This document shows, piece after piece, positions 20,822 to 32,579 of a DNA stretch of 64,000 nt (the stretch's first letter is position 1; every line of letters begins with the position of its first letter). Under the pieces are notes generated by a model, which worked only from the letters and a program-made list of their open reading frames with translations, made no database searches and was not told where the DNA came from. The position numbers and the translations under genes were made by a program. The stretch is from Trypanosoma brucei (Eukaryota): contig CM000207.1 of the NCBI GenBank assembly GCA_000002445.1, forward strand, positions 2,336,001-2,400,000, written 5' to 3'.

Positions 20822-22867
20822 ATGGCGGATATGAAGAAGGTAACAGTTGCGGTTCGAGTCCGGCCCATTTTGCGCGATGGCATCAGTCAAGCACATGTGC
20901 AGGAGAAGTTTGAACTTGAGGCCATACGCCGTACCGGAGACACAACACTAAAAGTAGAGTTGGAGCGACCCGGTGAGCCCACACGCGGCAGCGCCTTCAC
21001 ATTTGATCACATCTTTGACCAAGAAAGCACACAGTTGGATGTGTACGATGAGGCCGTTGCAGATCTCGTTGATATGAGTTTAACAGGCGCCAACTCAACA
21101 ATTTTAGCTTATGGCCAAACTGGCTCTGGGAAAACGTTTACGGTACTCGGTGATGTGAAACCCAACCCACTGGAGGATGATTTGCTCACGAAAGACAGCG
21201 GCATGTTCCTTCGAGTGCTGAGCGATTTGATGGAGTACAAACGACGCCAGCTTGCGCGTGGTTTTCATGTGGTAGTGGGTCTCAGTTGCGTTGAGATTTA
21301 CAACGAAAACATACGCGACCTCTTTGGTGGCACGCCAAACTCACCACCGCCCTCCATTAAGGCAGTGATGATTGGTGAGGAGGTGTTGTTGCCATCACTC
21401 ATCATAAAGGAAATGACATCACTTCAGGCCGTCTTCAGTGAAATCCAGTTGGCCATTTCCCGTCGTAAGAGTCGATCCACAGAGGCAAATGCCGTCTCGA
21501 GCCGCAGCCACTGTTTATTTCTTATTGACATCCTCCAGCAATCGACAACGGCACCCGCTCCGTCACTCACCGCCATTCTGCAAACAAAGAAAGGCACAAA
21601 AGATGTGGAAGCCAAACGGATTTCTACTTTGAGTGGCATCAGCAATAAAAACGGTGCCCCCATCGAGTTGAAGCCTGGCGAGTTGCCCTTCGATGGGATG
21701 GTTTATCGTCTTCAAGGCCAGAAGGAACCGATTTATGGCAGTAAAATTCTTCTAGCGGATTTGGCTGGAAGTGAGAAAATATCGCGTAGCGGCGTTACTG
21801 GTGAAGGACTGGCGGAAGCCACAGCCATCAATAGCAGCCTCACTGCTCTCGGGAATGTCGTCCACAGTTTACATGAGGGCGGTTATGTGAGTTACCGCAC
21901 CTCTAATTTAACGCGGCTTCTTAAGCCCACCTTTAGCCATCCCAACTCGCGTGTGTTGCTTTTATCGCAGGTATCGCCCACGCAAATGACCTTCGACGAG
22001 ACCATTAGCACGCTTCACTTTGCGAATAAAGTGAAGGCAATGAAAGTAACCACATCCACCGGAATGGAGGCGGACAAAATTCAATTCGAATATGTGGAAG
22101 CCGGTCGCACGTACGATGGCCTCCTGGCAGACCTCCGACTTTTCGCCGTAGAGCAACAGACGAAAGTTGGCGTCATTAGGCGCCGATGCCGTCAGAACGA
22201 TGGTTTATTTTATGCCCCGCTTCCGAGCGGTCGGGCGGGTACACGAGAGCGACGGCAGGCATTCATTGAATCTATTGGTGCCAATAAAGCCGCTACTGAG
22301 GAGCGAGAAGCGGGAAAAGTTGCGCGGGAGCGGGAAGCAGCGGCTTGGGAAGAGGAATTACGGCGCAAACGCAAGGATGGTGCGGAATCGGCGGCTGCCA
22401 CACATGCGCAACTTTTACGTGAGGCGAAAGAAGGACTAGCGGCAGAAGAAAAGGCAGTGAAACATCAGGCAATGCAAGAGGTGCAACATGCGCAAGCTGC
22501 CGGAGCAGCGAAGTTACAGGCGGAAGAGGAGGCGTCACGTGCTTTACTGTTGGGTCGATTTGCACAAGTGATGAGTGACTTTTGCCGTGCTCGGTTGCAA
22601 GAAGCAGCACGTGTGGAAGAGGAAATTAGCAGAGAACTCAACAGCACTCGAATGGCTTCATCATCAGGTGGTAATGGCAGCGGTGCTGCTTCTGAAGTGC
22701 CTGTAGAAGATTTGGAGTATGCGGTTTCATGTTGGGGACACTCAATCGCAAAGAAATTCTACACGAACTGTGCTGAACTGCGGGAACTACAGTTGCAAAT
22801 GTGCATGATAGGAAGAAGTTGCCTCACGATGGAGCGTTGGAAAGCGGAACATGTCGGAACCGCATGA
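20822..22867 (+). CDS. Kinesin-like motor protein (N-terminal motor domain, C-terminal coiled coil)
   Basis: P-loop GQTGSGKTFT, switch I SSRSHCLF, switch II LADLAGSEK, neck/helix motif HVPYRDSKLT-like YVSYRTSNLTRLLKP. The C-terminal region is charged and Ala/Glu/Arg-rich (EREAGKVAREREAAAWEEELRRKRK), typical of a coiled coil. Confidence 0.85.
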   Translation: MADMKKVTVAVRVRPILRDGISQAHVQEKFELEAIRRTGDTTLKVELERPGEPTRGSAFTFDHIFDQESTQLDVYDEAVADLVDMSLTGANSTILAYGQTGSGKTFTVLGDVKPNPLEDDLLTKDSGMFLRVLSDLMEYKRRQLARGFHVVVGLSCVEIYNENIRDLFGGTPNSPPPSIKAVMIGEEVLLPSLIIKEMTSLQAVFSEIQLAISRRKSRSTEANAVSSRSHCLFLIDILQQSTTAPAPSLTAILQTKKGTKDVEAKRISTLSGISNKNGAPIELKPGELPFDGMVYRLQGQKEPIYGSKILLADLAGSEKISRSGVTGEGLAEATAINSSLTALGNVVHSLHEGGYVSYRTSNLTRLLKPTFSHPNSRVLLLSQVSPTQMTFDETISTLHFANKVKAMKVTTSTGMEADKIQFEYVEAGRTYDGLLADLRLFAVEQQTKVGVIRRRCRQNDGLFYAPLPSGRAGTRERRQAFIESIGANKAATEEREAGKVAREREAAAWEEELRRKRKDGAESAAATHAQLLREAKEGLAAEEKAVKHQAMQEVQHAQAAGAAKLQAEEEASRALLLGRFAQVMSDFCRARLQEAARVEEEISRELNSTRMASSSGGNGSGAASEVPVEDLEYAVSCWGHSIAKKFYTNCAELRELQLQMCMIGRSCLTMERWKAEHVGTA

Positions 22868-23059
22868 AGGCAAAAAAAAAAGAAGGTGGTGAATGAATGA
22901 ATGAATGAATGAGTGAAAAAAGAGGGAAGGAGAAATTGTTTAAAATGATTCACTTCTTCCCTTCTTCCTTCCCTCTTTTCATTCCTTCTTTTTTTTCTTC
23001 TTATCCTGCTACTGCTGTGATGTCATTGACGTTGAAACACCTTGTGTCTCCATAAATAA

Positions 23060-23094
<35 letters not shown>

Positions 23095-24273
23095 TATTTT
23101 ATATATGCCCGTGTGTGTATGTTTGTGCGTAAGCTCTTATTTTATTTTTAACTTTATTTGATTAGTCCACATGTCCTTCCGCATAGTTAATGTAATGACA
23201 TCGGGAAAGGAAATAGAAAGGTCGGGAACTATACGTTTATCTGTGAGATTATTTTATTTTTTATTTTTGTTGTTGTTTGTTGTTTGTTGTTGTTTTCCTC
23301 TTCATTTACCCAATTCTTTATTCATCAAACGTATGGTGAGAGATGGGAAAAGAGAGGGAAGGAGAGAAAAAAAAAGAGATTGATTGAAAGGTGAGTCCTG
23401 TGAGTAATGGGACATTGAATTGATTTTAATTCAGGCGCATTCGAATTTGAAAGTTTCGAAAGAAGAGTGGGGAGGAAGAAAAAAAAAAAGAATACAACAG
23501 GGAGAAGGAAAGGGAAGTGTATCGAATAGGATAAGAAAAGCTAAATTAAATGAACGCATATGGAAACTCATGCATGTTTGTACAAACATACATGAGTTTC
23601 CCTACGTGCATTGCTTATGCCTTTTTTTTTTCCAACATTTTTCTGATGATGAAAATAATAGTAATAAAAAAAAACAGAAAAGGGGCTGGAAAGGGAAGGT
23701 AGATTGTGATTAAAGTATCAAATAGGTACATGTCATTTCTCTTTTTTCCTTCTTGCGCTGCAACACTCAGTAAAAATATATTATATATATATATATAATA
23801 TATAATCATCTACATTTATTTGTTTGTATGTTATATGGATATGATACATGTAATCCCTTTTCCTACACTCACACACATCTCACGTGTTCCTCCGCAATAA
23901 CGAGGGAGGGAGGGGGGGGGGGGAGAAGTTGAATGGCTGTAATTTGTCATCGCAGTCAATTACGAACGTATTAAGTTTTCATAGAATAATGGAGTGAAAA
24001 GAGAAGAAAAAAAAACGGGAATGAAATGGAGAGGCGTCTGAGCTTGTCCAATGACTTTTCTGTCGTTCCGGCTTTTGTTCATATATGTTGTCTCTTGTCA
24101 TTATTATCATTATCATTATCATTATCAATATTGTTATTTTGTTTTGTTTTTTGCTTCGTATGCCCCACCCCCATTGCTTAGATGCATAGAAGCTTGCCAC
24201 ATAAAATAAAATAAATAAATAACGGCCCATAGACATATAGGTGATATACACTTATACGAATTTGTTTCTATTC

Positions 24274-24324
24274 ACACACACACACACACGTATATATAAG
24301 TATATATATATATATATATATATA
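24274..24324. repeat. Compound (CA)n-(TA)n microsatellite
   Basis: ttcacacacacacacacacgtatatataagtatatatatatatatatatatatac. Confidence 0.9.
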
Positions 24325-24458
24325 CGCTTATATTAAGAAGAAGGAAAGAAAAAGATAGGTAGATTAATAGGATAACTCGAAAGAATTGTGACGGACTGTG
24401 CTCGTGCGTGTGCCTGTACGTGTGGTGGACGGCGGTAGTTTTGGCTTTAAATTAAAAG

Positions 24459-26111
24459 ATGAAAGTTCCAATAGGCATCTTGCGTTATGCTGAGGAAATA
24501 GCGGCTAGTGATGCTATTAATGGTGTTGCCATTTGTGTAGATATGGATGACATTTTTCGTCGAGCCGTGGCTTGCAGCCGGAAGAATGTTAAAAGTGCTG
24601 GTCCCTTCGATTCGTCTGCCATTCCGCTTCCGCCTGCGTTGGGTCAATGCGTTGGGCGTGTCATCACTAAACTTTATGATGCCGTTAAATGGCTCTTGGA
24701 TATGAAAGCCAAATGTGTAGCGCTTGTCTTTGGTGTAACGGACTCACTGGAGGAAGTGGCACTTCTTATGCAAGTCTACAAACATGTGATGGATCTCGTA
24801 GCGAGTCTTTCTGAACGTTGCCAAGTGTATGTGAACCGCAGCGGCACAGCGCTAATTGGCATTCAGGCTCTACTCTCCAATTGTCCGAAGAATAGTGTAA
24901 ATAACAAAAAAAAGCGCGGCCTACTTCCACCGTGGAAGCGTTCACTGGTGTGCACATCCGATCCGTTAGGTGGGTTTATGGGGTTTAATTGCATCGTGAA
25001 CTTGCTTTCGCTTTGTCACGGGAAGGAGCCTTCTATAGTTAAAGCATCAAAACTCGTCGGAAGGTGTAAATTGGATGATGCGGCGTCGCTACCGGTTTTT
25101 GCTCTCATTGCCAGTAAAAAGGTTTCAACCACAGACACAACACCATACCATATGAAAAAAGAAGATAGGAAGGAAATTGCTCTACCTATTAACTGCCGGA
25201 AGGGTTTGCTCTCCATTGAATTACTTAAAGATGTTGGATTACTGCCATCAGAGGAGTACCGAGAGGAGGAAACCCGTCATTTGTTGTTTCAACTTAAGGC
25301 CGCGCTTGCTGATTTGCGTGCTGAATGCATCAACCCGCCAGAGCTCTCCACAATGACAAAACACCAATATTTGCTCCCGATATTGTTCCATCGCATGCAT
25401 CACAGCACGGTGCGGTTGGGGAAACGGCACATGCACGATCGGTTCTCACGAGCACGTTCCATCATTTTTCACACCCTTCTCACGGGCAGACTTGCACGAA
25501 TTATTTATGAAGATAGTTCTTGTGCTGATAGTAATCGTAATGATGCCGCTGCAGCAGAATCACAAATTATCCGATGCCGCGTGGAGGACCCGAACCACAT
25601 TCAGTACATCAAAAGCCCATCCACCAGGGTTTTGAAAGATGTGCTGAAGTTGAAAGTCGGTGACAGCGAGGAAATGACGTCGGCCATTACGGCCAAAGAA
25701 CTTGAAGATATACGACGCATTCCAGAGCATCTTCAGTTATATGCTGCAGCTCTTAAAATACTCTACCGCACCGGGATTTTGACAGAGATGGTTTGTCGGG
25801 CGGTATGCCGCGCCATAGTTTCGGTAACCCATGAGAAATACGATATTTACAATGATGATATGCACCATAAGAATAACAGGAATGATGAAAGCATTGTCGA
25901 TGAGGAAAAGAATAAACGACCATCACCACAGGAAATATATGACGGGCTTCAGGAGTTGCACGTGTGCTGGATATACGCCGCCCTCGCCAATGACATTTTG
26001 CATCCTTCTGAAATAAAACCAAACCTTTCACCCACGCCACTGGTGCGGTACACCGATGCGTCGAAGGAGGAGGAGGACTTGAAGTATCTCACATCTGTTC
26101 TCTTCGTCTGA
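24459..26111 (+). CDS. Hypothetical protein (550 aa), no recognisable domain
   Basis: Long clean ORF in the same orientation as its neighbours, with AT-rich/polyY upstream sequence. Composition is unlike the surrounding low-complexity DNA. No motif I can name. Confidence 0.6.
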   Translation: MKVPIGILRYAEEIAASDAINGVAICVDMDDIFRRAVACSRKNVKSAGPFDSSAIPLPPALGQCVGRVITKLYDAVKWLLDMKAKCVALVFGVTDSLEEVALLMQVYKHVMDLVASLSERCQVYVNRSGTALIGIQALLSNCPKNSVNNKKKRGLLPPWKRSLVCTSDPLGGFMGFNCIVNLLSLCHGKEPSIVKASKLVGRCKLDDAASLPVFALIASKKVSTTDTTPYHMKKEDRKEIALPINCRKGLLSIELLKDVGLLPSEEYREEETRHLLFQLKAALADLRAECINPPELSTMTKHQYLLPILFHRMHHSTVRLGKRHMHDRFSRARSIIFHTLLTGRLARIIYEDSSCADSNRNDAAAAESQIIRCRVEDPNHIQYIKSPSTRVLKDVLKLKVGDSEEMTSAITAKELEDIRRIPEHLQLYAAALKILYRTGILTEMVCRAVCRAIVSVTHEKYDIYNDDMHHKNNRNDESIVDEEKNKRPSPQEIYDGLQELHVCWIYAALANDILHPSEIKPNLSPTPLVRYTDASKEEEDLKYLTSVLFV

Positions 26112-26179
26112 ATACACAATCCTCAGTTTTTAACTGCTACACGTTTTTTTTGGGGGTTTTCATGCACATTTGCGGCAGA

Positions 26180-26199
26180 CACACACACACACACACACA
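26180..26199. repeat. (CA)10 microsatellite followed by (TA)n and (AAAT)n
   Basis: gacacacacacacacacacacatatatataaataaataaatat. Confidence 0.9.
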
Positions 26200-27595
26200 T
26201 ATATATAAATAAATAAATATATATATATATATCATACCTGTGCTCCCACCGCACAACATGGATTCCTTATGATATAATTTTTTTTTTAAAAATTCGTTCG
26301 GTTGTTCTTTTTATTATTTATTTGTTTATTTATTTTCATTGATTCCCCTCTCTTTCTTTTTTTCCTGTGTCTGTGTATGTCTCTGTGTATGTGTTTCTCC
26401 CGGCTTGTACATTTATTATAGTCGGATGCAGCGGAGGGGGAGGAGGAAAAAAAAACAACAACAACAAAAAAATAAGTTTAACGTGTGAACTGCGTGTTTT
26501 TGCGAGTATATTTTTGAAATAAAGCGGTGAGGCAACTTGTGGGAATAACACACAGAAAAATAATAGCACAGTAGGAAGTTGGGGTATTGTTGTACTTTCA
26601 TACTTTTGTGATTGTGATTGTTTTTTTTTCTTTTTCTTTTTTTTTTTGTTGTTGTTTGATGTTTGTTTGTTTGTTTTTTTTGTTTTTTAAAAAAAGAAAA
26701 AAATTTATATCTTCCCCCCCCCTTTCATGAGAGTTTTTCCTCATCTCTTATTTCCTGTTATGATGTGATGTGTGAAGATCTTACATCATATGGTCATGAA
26801 ACTTCCGCTTGTTAGCGCAATAACGGTAACAACAATCATGATTTTTTTAAAAAAAAAAGAAAAAAAAAAGTAATTGTGATAATGATGATAATAATAATAG
26901 TAATAATAATAATAACAGTAGCGATTCTTTTTTTTTTTGAAAAAAAAATCGAATTGGGGAGGATGTTGTTTTGCTCTATGCGTTTATTGAGGTGAATGCA
27001 AGTTTATTTATTTTTTTTTTTACTTTTCTCTTTTTCGTTCTTTCTCTTTTTCCCCTTACCTCCGTTTATTTCTGTATGCTTATGACACACGTGGTAGCAC
27101 CTTGAGGGCAAAGAAAAAATAATAAATAAAAAAAATAAATAAAAATAAATTAAAAAAAGGTATCTCGTTTTGTTGTTTTTATCATCATCATTATTATTAT
27201 TATTATTGTTGTTGTTGTTTCTACTTTGCTTCATTTCATTCTGTGCATCCACTTGTGCAGGTTATATTAGGTCATTTATATAGGGCCCATACTGAAGTAA
27301 AGTGAATAAACAAACACATAAACACAAACAGAGGAAGAGGAAAAGCACATATATATATATATATATCATCATATATATATATCATTATTTATATCTTTAT
27401 TTATTTATTTGTATATATAAGTTTGAGTGTAAGTAGACGCTGAAGAGCGAGTAGCACGGCACAAGTATTCGGTCAAAAAAAAAAGGGGGGGGGGAAAAGA
27501 AAAGAAAGAAAAGAAAAAAAAGAAAGAGAAGAAAAAAGAAAGAAAAAAAAGAAAAAAAAAACAGAAACAACGAATTGTGAGTTCATTTTGTTATT

Positions 27596-28837
27596 ATGCC
27601 ACCAACTTTACCAAAGGATTCAGAGGAGGCAAAAGCCGTCGTCCGCGAAGTGCGACAAAAACCCGATAATAAGGTGTGTTTTGACTGTCCTCAGAAGAAT
27701 CCGAGTTGGTGCAGCGTAACATATGGCATTTTTCTCTGCATGGATTGTTGTGGTCGACATCGTGGGATGGGCGTTCATATTTCATTTATGCGTTCCGCCG
27801 ATCTCGACGCGTGGAAGCCGGAGGAGGCGCTTCGAATGGCACTCGGTGGAAATGCGGCGGCTGCTGCTTTTTTTCGTCAAAACGGCTCCACTGGTGACCC
27901 GCGGCAACGCTACACGAGTCAAGCGGCACAAATGTACAAGAGACAATTGGATCGCCTCGTTTACAATTGCATTAGTGGAAGTAATGGAACTCCAAATGAA
28001 TTGGTAGGATCAACAGGAGAAGAGGTGGAGGTGACTCGAGTGACGCCTTCAAGCCCAAAACGGCAGCAACTTGAAAAGGAAGATGAAATGAAAATCAGCA
28101 GCCCCGTGGCTCAGCCATCAGTTGTGGCCATATCCACTAAAACAGGTGTTAAACAACGTACAGGTGGTGGTTTAAAGAAAAAGGGGCTCGGTGGTGCGAT
28201 GAAGGTGGAAGGGGAATTGACAGAAACAATGCAACCTGTACCTCGGAGTCTAATCTGCGATGTAGTGGAAAGTGATGAGTCTCACAATCATAATTATAAT
28301 TATAACTATAGCTATTATAGAAATAAGAAGGATAGTGATCATAATAATAATAATAATGATGATGATGATAATAATAATAATAATAATAATAATAGCAACA
28401 TTAGTAGTGATATTGCTCGGTTGCGTGGTTGCATGAGTAACCACAACCACAACCACAACAGTGACAGCACAACAGACGGAGCATGGAAGAGAGGAATAGA
28501 TGCTGTTGGAAATGGAGAAGGTGGAGTCGAAGGTGAAGGCAATAAAAACAACAATAAAAATAAAAGTAATAATTATGACAACCGTAATGTCACTGGTGTG
28601 CTTGACGCCTACGCTGATAATTGTACGAGTCGTGTGCCTGATTTTTCAGGTATGGGCTCACAACCATATGATCCCCGTGAGGCTGACAGCGACACGAGTA
28701 ACCGATATTTTAACAGTGTGGGATTACAGGACACATTATGGCAAGTGTCGGAAGCGTGGGATTCTTTCAGAGAAAAGGCGTCACGCTCGGGTGAGCGGCT
28801 TGGTAATAAAGTAAAGGAATTCCTTGATGATCTTTAG
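27596..28837 (+). CDS. ADP-ribosylation factor GTPase-activating protein (ArfGAP) with Asn/Asp/His-rich low-complexity insertion
   Basis: ArfGAP C4 zinc finger with arginine finger: [59 protein letters not shown]. The middle region [40 protein letters not shown]...NHNHNHNSD is encoded by AAT/GAT/CAC trinucleotide repeats at about 28290–28470. Confidence 0.85.
   Translation: MPPTLPKDSEEAKAVVREVRQKPDNKVCFDCPQKNPSWCSVTYGIFLCMDCCGRHRGMGVHISFMRSADLDAWKPEEALRMALGGNAAAAAFFRQNGSTGDPRQRYTSQAAQMYKRQLDRLVYNCISGSNGTPNELVGSTGEEVEVTRVTPSSPKRQQLEKEDEMKISSPVAQPSVVAISTKTGVKQRTGGGLKKKGLGGAMKVEGELTETMQPVPRSLICDVVESDESHNHNYNYNYSYYRNKKDSDHNNNNNDDDDNNNNNNNNSNISSDIARLRGCMSNHNHNHNSDSTTDGAWKRGIDAVGNGEGGVEGEGNKNNNKNKSNNYDNRNVTGVLDAYADNCTSRVPDFSGMGSQPYDPREADSDTSNRYFNSVGLQDTLWQVSEAWDSFREKASRSGERLGNKVKEFLDDL
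28326..28402 (+). repeat. In-frame (AAT)n/(GAT)n trinucleotide repeat inside ArfGAP CDS encoding poly-Asn/poly-Asp
   Basis: ataataataataataatgatgatgatgataataataataataataataatagcaac. This is a likely length-polymorphic coding microsatellite. Confidence 0.8.
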
Positions 28838-31688
28838 GTACCGCATTGGTGGGTTTGGAAAGTGAAAAAATAAAATAAAAAAATGCTACAAATAATAAAT
28901 GAATGAGGATGAAATGTGAAAGATGAAGGTGAAGTTGATGTGAATGTGAAAGATGTATCTTCTCCTTTTTCTTTTTCTTTTTCTTTATTTTTATCTTTCC
29001 TTTTGGTTTGGTTTTTAGTCTCTGTTGATGTTGATGTTGATTTTGTTTTTTGTTTTGTTTTTTTTTTCGTTTTGTGCTGTCCTTGTATTTACTTACTTCT
29101 CATCTGTTCGTGTAGTTTTCGGTTATTGCTGTTCTTGGACGCGTCGTGTGTTGCTCTGATTTCTTTTTTTTTCTTTTTTTTTTTCTATCATTCTCTCTTG
29201 TGTGTTTTGGTACCTGATTTGCTTCTTCTTCAGGCACTTTACCCTAGTTCCGCACTATCATCACTGCTGTTATTATTATTATTATTACTATTATTACTAT
29301 TACTGTTGCTGTTGCTATCATTTCCTCGTCTTGAATGCAACTTCATCTTCTTTCAGTCTTTTTTTCCATGCCTTTTTGATTTATTTGATTTATTTTATTT
29401 TGTTTTGTTTTTGCTGCAGGACACCCGAAGAAGGCATCGCAGCGACGTACCGTTTTGACAAGTATCAGTTACACAAAATATATTTAGATTAGGAATTTTA
29501 TAATTTAAAGCAATAAAGGGGGGGGGAAAAGAAAAAAAAAAGAGAACAGAAATCCACAAACACAAACACAAACAGAAGCCATATTTAACAAAATGGCACG
29601 AAGGTTCCTTCAATATGGATTTATGTTATTATTATTATTATTATCATTATTATTTTTTTAAATAAAACAAAATTAAAATAAAAGGAAAAGACATAACTGA
29701 TGGCATTTCCCGCATCAAGCAACTTTAAAAGGCAGCGAGAAAGAGATGATGGGGGTGGAGAGGGGAAAATTCAGCTTACTGACTTCAATTTATTGACTTT
29801 TTTTAAAATTTTTTCTCCTTTCTTTTACATTTATATTTATATTTGCATTTTCCCTGTGTTTAAGTGTAAGTTTATTTTAATACAGAGAGACGTATTGGAT
29901 TAACCCGCGGAAGTTAAGAATTGGGGTACACACCGCTTGTATAAATTAAAAAAAAAAACAACAACAACGAAAAACAAAAAAAAAAATATATATATGGTTT
30001 CCTTTTATGATATTGATATTATTTCCAGTAGTAATAACACTGTGAAATTATTAAGCGGCAGCAAATGTTAGCGAGTTTTGCGGAGGATTCCCACCACCAC
30101 CACCACCACCTCAAGAGGAAAAAAAAACGTGGCCCCTACGCTTCTCATAAACTCTCAATAGTGTGAATGCGTGCCTCATTATTATTATTATTATTTATTT
30201 ATTTATTTTTATTTTTATAATAGCTATAATTATAATTATGATTGTTTGTTTTTTCCTTTGATGTGTGTTTACTTTTTGATAATTTTAAATAATTACCGCT
30301 ACCGTAGCGGGACGGAGTGGGATGAATTGTATTCCTCTTTAAGTACTCTAGTAATTTAGTTATTGCATAAATTTGCTCTTTTTTTTATTTTTGTTTTTTT
30401 TTTCAAAAAAAAAAAAGGATGTGTGAACTCAAAACAGATTTGGTGTTAGAATTTGAGTTAGTGGTATCGGTTTCCAGACACTATAATTACTGATGTCGCA
30501 TTAAAGAGAGAAATAGAGAAATAAAGGCGCAAAAAAGCAGAGGGAAAAGGGAAACAATAAATAAATGAATATAATAAATAATTAAAAAAACGCTACACAG
30601 TACATGAGACTGCATGCACTCAATGCGGTAAAGCAGTGAATAAAATTAAATATGTGTAAAAACTGACGTGACAATATACAACTACTACAAAGTTGGAGAG
30701 GTTTAGTTGCGGTTATTTTATTTTATTTATTTTTTTGTCTTCATTTCTTCTTTATTTTTGGCTTCTTGTGATATGCTGATGGAAAATGTAATAATAATAT
30801 TTTAACAAATGGGTAAATAAATGATGTATTAATATTTACATTAAGACGAGAAGAGGAACATAAACATAAAGTCCACCGACAGCAGTAGTGGAAGCCGCAT
30901 GCGAGACATTAATGAAGGTAACAAAATAACAACAACATGAACATTTATCCATCGCATGTCCTACCATTTACGCTGCCGAATAATGCAAGATCATGTATCG
31001 CACTCGAAAGAACAAAATAAAAAAAAAACACACAAACGACGACACGCAAAAAAATATATATATATATATATATATATCGAGAACAACCACAATAAATAAT
31101 GCATTGGTGTCCAAAAAAAAAGGGGGGGAAAGGAAAACGAAGTTTTAAAAATAAACACGTAAAACAGATATGAGTGGCGTAAGTGACAATCAATTTTCCA
31201 CACCTTACACAGTGTTAAGATTAAAAAAAAAACAAAAAAAAATAAGGAATGGTAAACATCTCCCCATTGTAAATTAAATCGACCGCATTCATCAGCGGTG
31301 TTAATGCAGATAATAATTGACAAAACAAAAAGTCACGCAACAAACTAAACAACAACCGTTAATCACACAATTTAACAAATATCAGCGCAATACTGATCAT
31401 AAAGAATAAACAATAATAAAAGCAACAAAAATATTTTAAAAAATACATAATAACAACAACCTACATGAAACTGATAGCACAAATTGACTTGAATTCCAAT
31501 AACTCTATTTCATTGAAGCGGTGCAACAACGAGATAATTCCCTTGCGCTACTCATATTGATACTATTGTTGTTGCTATTCTTTGCATTTCCCACTGTTGA
31601 TTCCATTAATCTCTCCTAATTCTCATGACAAGAATCCACAACAAGACAGCAGACACAAGCTTCGATACCATCCGAATAAATAACAATT

Positions 31689-32579
31689 ATGAGCATCACT
31701 TTTAATAATTTATGGCTACTTTTGACAGTGTTATGCACTGCTAGAATTCGTGCTGATTTCATTGGGGAGGAGTGTCTCGACATAGTCTCTTATCCATCAG
31801 CTGATGTGGTACGCATTTTGTGCCATGTTGCAGGCCAGCTTCGAGGCCTATCACAGACAGTAAGTTCTGCTGTGGAAACTGCCGCTGCTGCTTCGAGTAA
31901 AGCATTTGAAGCAAAGGTACAAGCAGAGGAAGCTGTGGAACTTGCCGAGTCGAGAGGCCTAAACGTTACGAAAGCGAAGGAAGCTGCTGTGAGAGCAACA
32001 CACGCTGCTGAAGCTGCGGCTTTGGCTGCAAGTAACTTGGCTTTTGCCGCTGCAAATATTGCTGCGGTGCCGTGGTCACAACCAATCAGTGATTCCATGT
32101 TGCATAAACTCGCACTATGCGACCACGTCGACGAGTATGTGCGAGAGGCAGCAAAAAAGTGCACAAAGAAAGCGAAGAACGTGACGGCACAATCTCTCAA
32201 TGAGGTCCTCAAAGCGTTTGAGAAGCTGTTCAGTGAAGTAAATGCCTTGCAATCCTTACGGCATAATATTGCTGAGTTCCACAAAGACCTGAAATCGTTA
32301 GAGGATCACGTTGAAGACATTGTCCGTGCACAAAAAAATGCGGAAGATGCAGCTGCAGAGACAAATAAAATAGCAGCGCCTGATCATGAGGTAGGAGGTA
32401 ACAAAGAAGAAACACCAAGTCAACAGCCAGACACAAATCAAGATCAACAGGCAAATGAGAAACCTGAGGCAAATCAGACAGCCGGCACAAATACGGGACC
32501 ACTTGGAAATTCCGTTGCTTCACCTGAAGGGTCAGTGCTGCTACTGATGGCTGGATTGTTTCTCGGTTCTGTACTGTAA
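31689..32579 (+). CDS. BARP: BARP-like alanine-rich surface protein, copy 1 (296 aa)
   Basis: Signal peptide MSITFNNLWLLLTVLCTARIRA; conserved core SSKAFEAKVQAEEAVELAESRGLNVTKAKEAAVRAT; GPI signal NSVASPEGSVLLLMAGLFLGSVL. It carries a unique extension (APDHEVGGNKEETPSQQPDTNQDQQANEKPEANQTAGTNTGPLG) before the GPI signal. Confidence 0.85.
   Translation: MSITFNNLWLLLTVLCTARIRADFIGEECLDIVSYPSADVVRILCHVAGQLRGLSQTVSSAVETAAAASSKAFEAKVQAEEAVELAESRGLNVTKAKEAAVRATHAAEAAALAASNLAFAAANIAAVPWSQPISDSMLHKLALCDHVDEYVREAAKKCTKKAKNVTAQSLNEVLKAFEKLFSEVNALQSLRHNIAEFHKDLKSLEDHVEDIVRAQKNAEDAAAETNKIAAPDHEVGGNKEETPSQQPDTNQDQQANEKPEANQTAGTNTGPLGNSVASPEGSVLLLMAGLFLGSVL

Noticed and set aside
22167-22647. Overlapping +/- ORFs in the kinesin C-terminal region
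   Set aside because: They are embedded in the Ala/Glu/Arg-rich coiled-coil coding region of the 681-aa kinesin ORF. They are alternative-frame artefacts of GC-rich repetitive codons.
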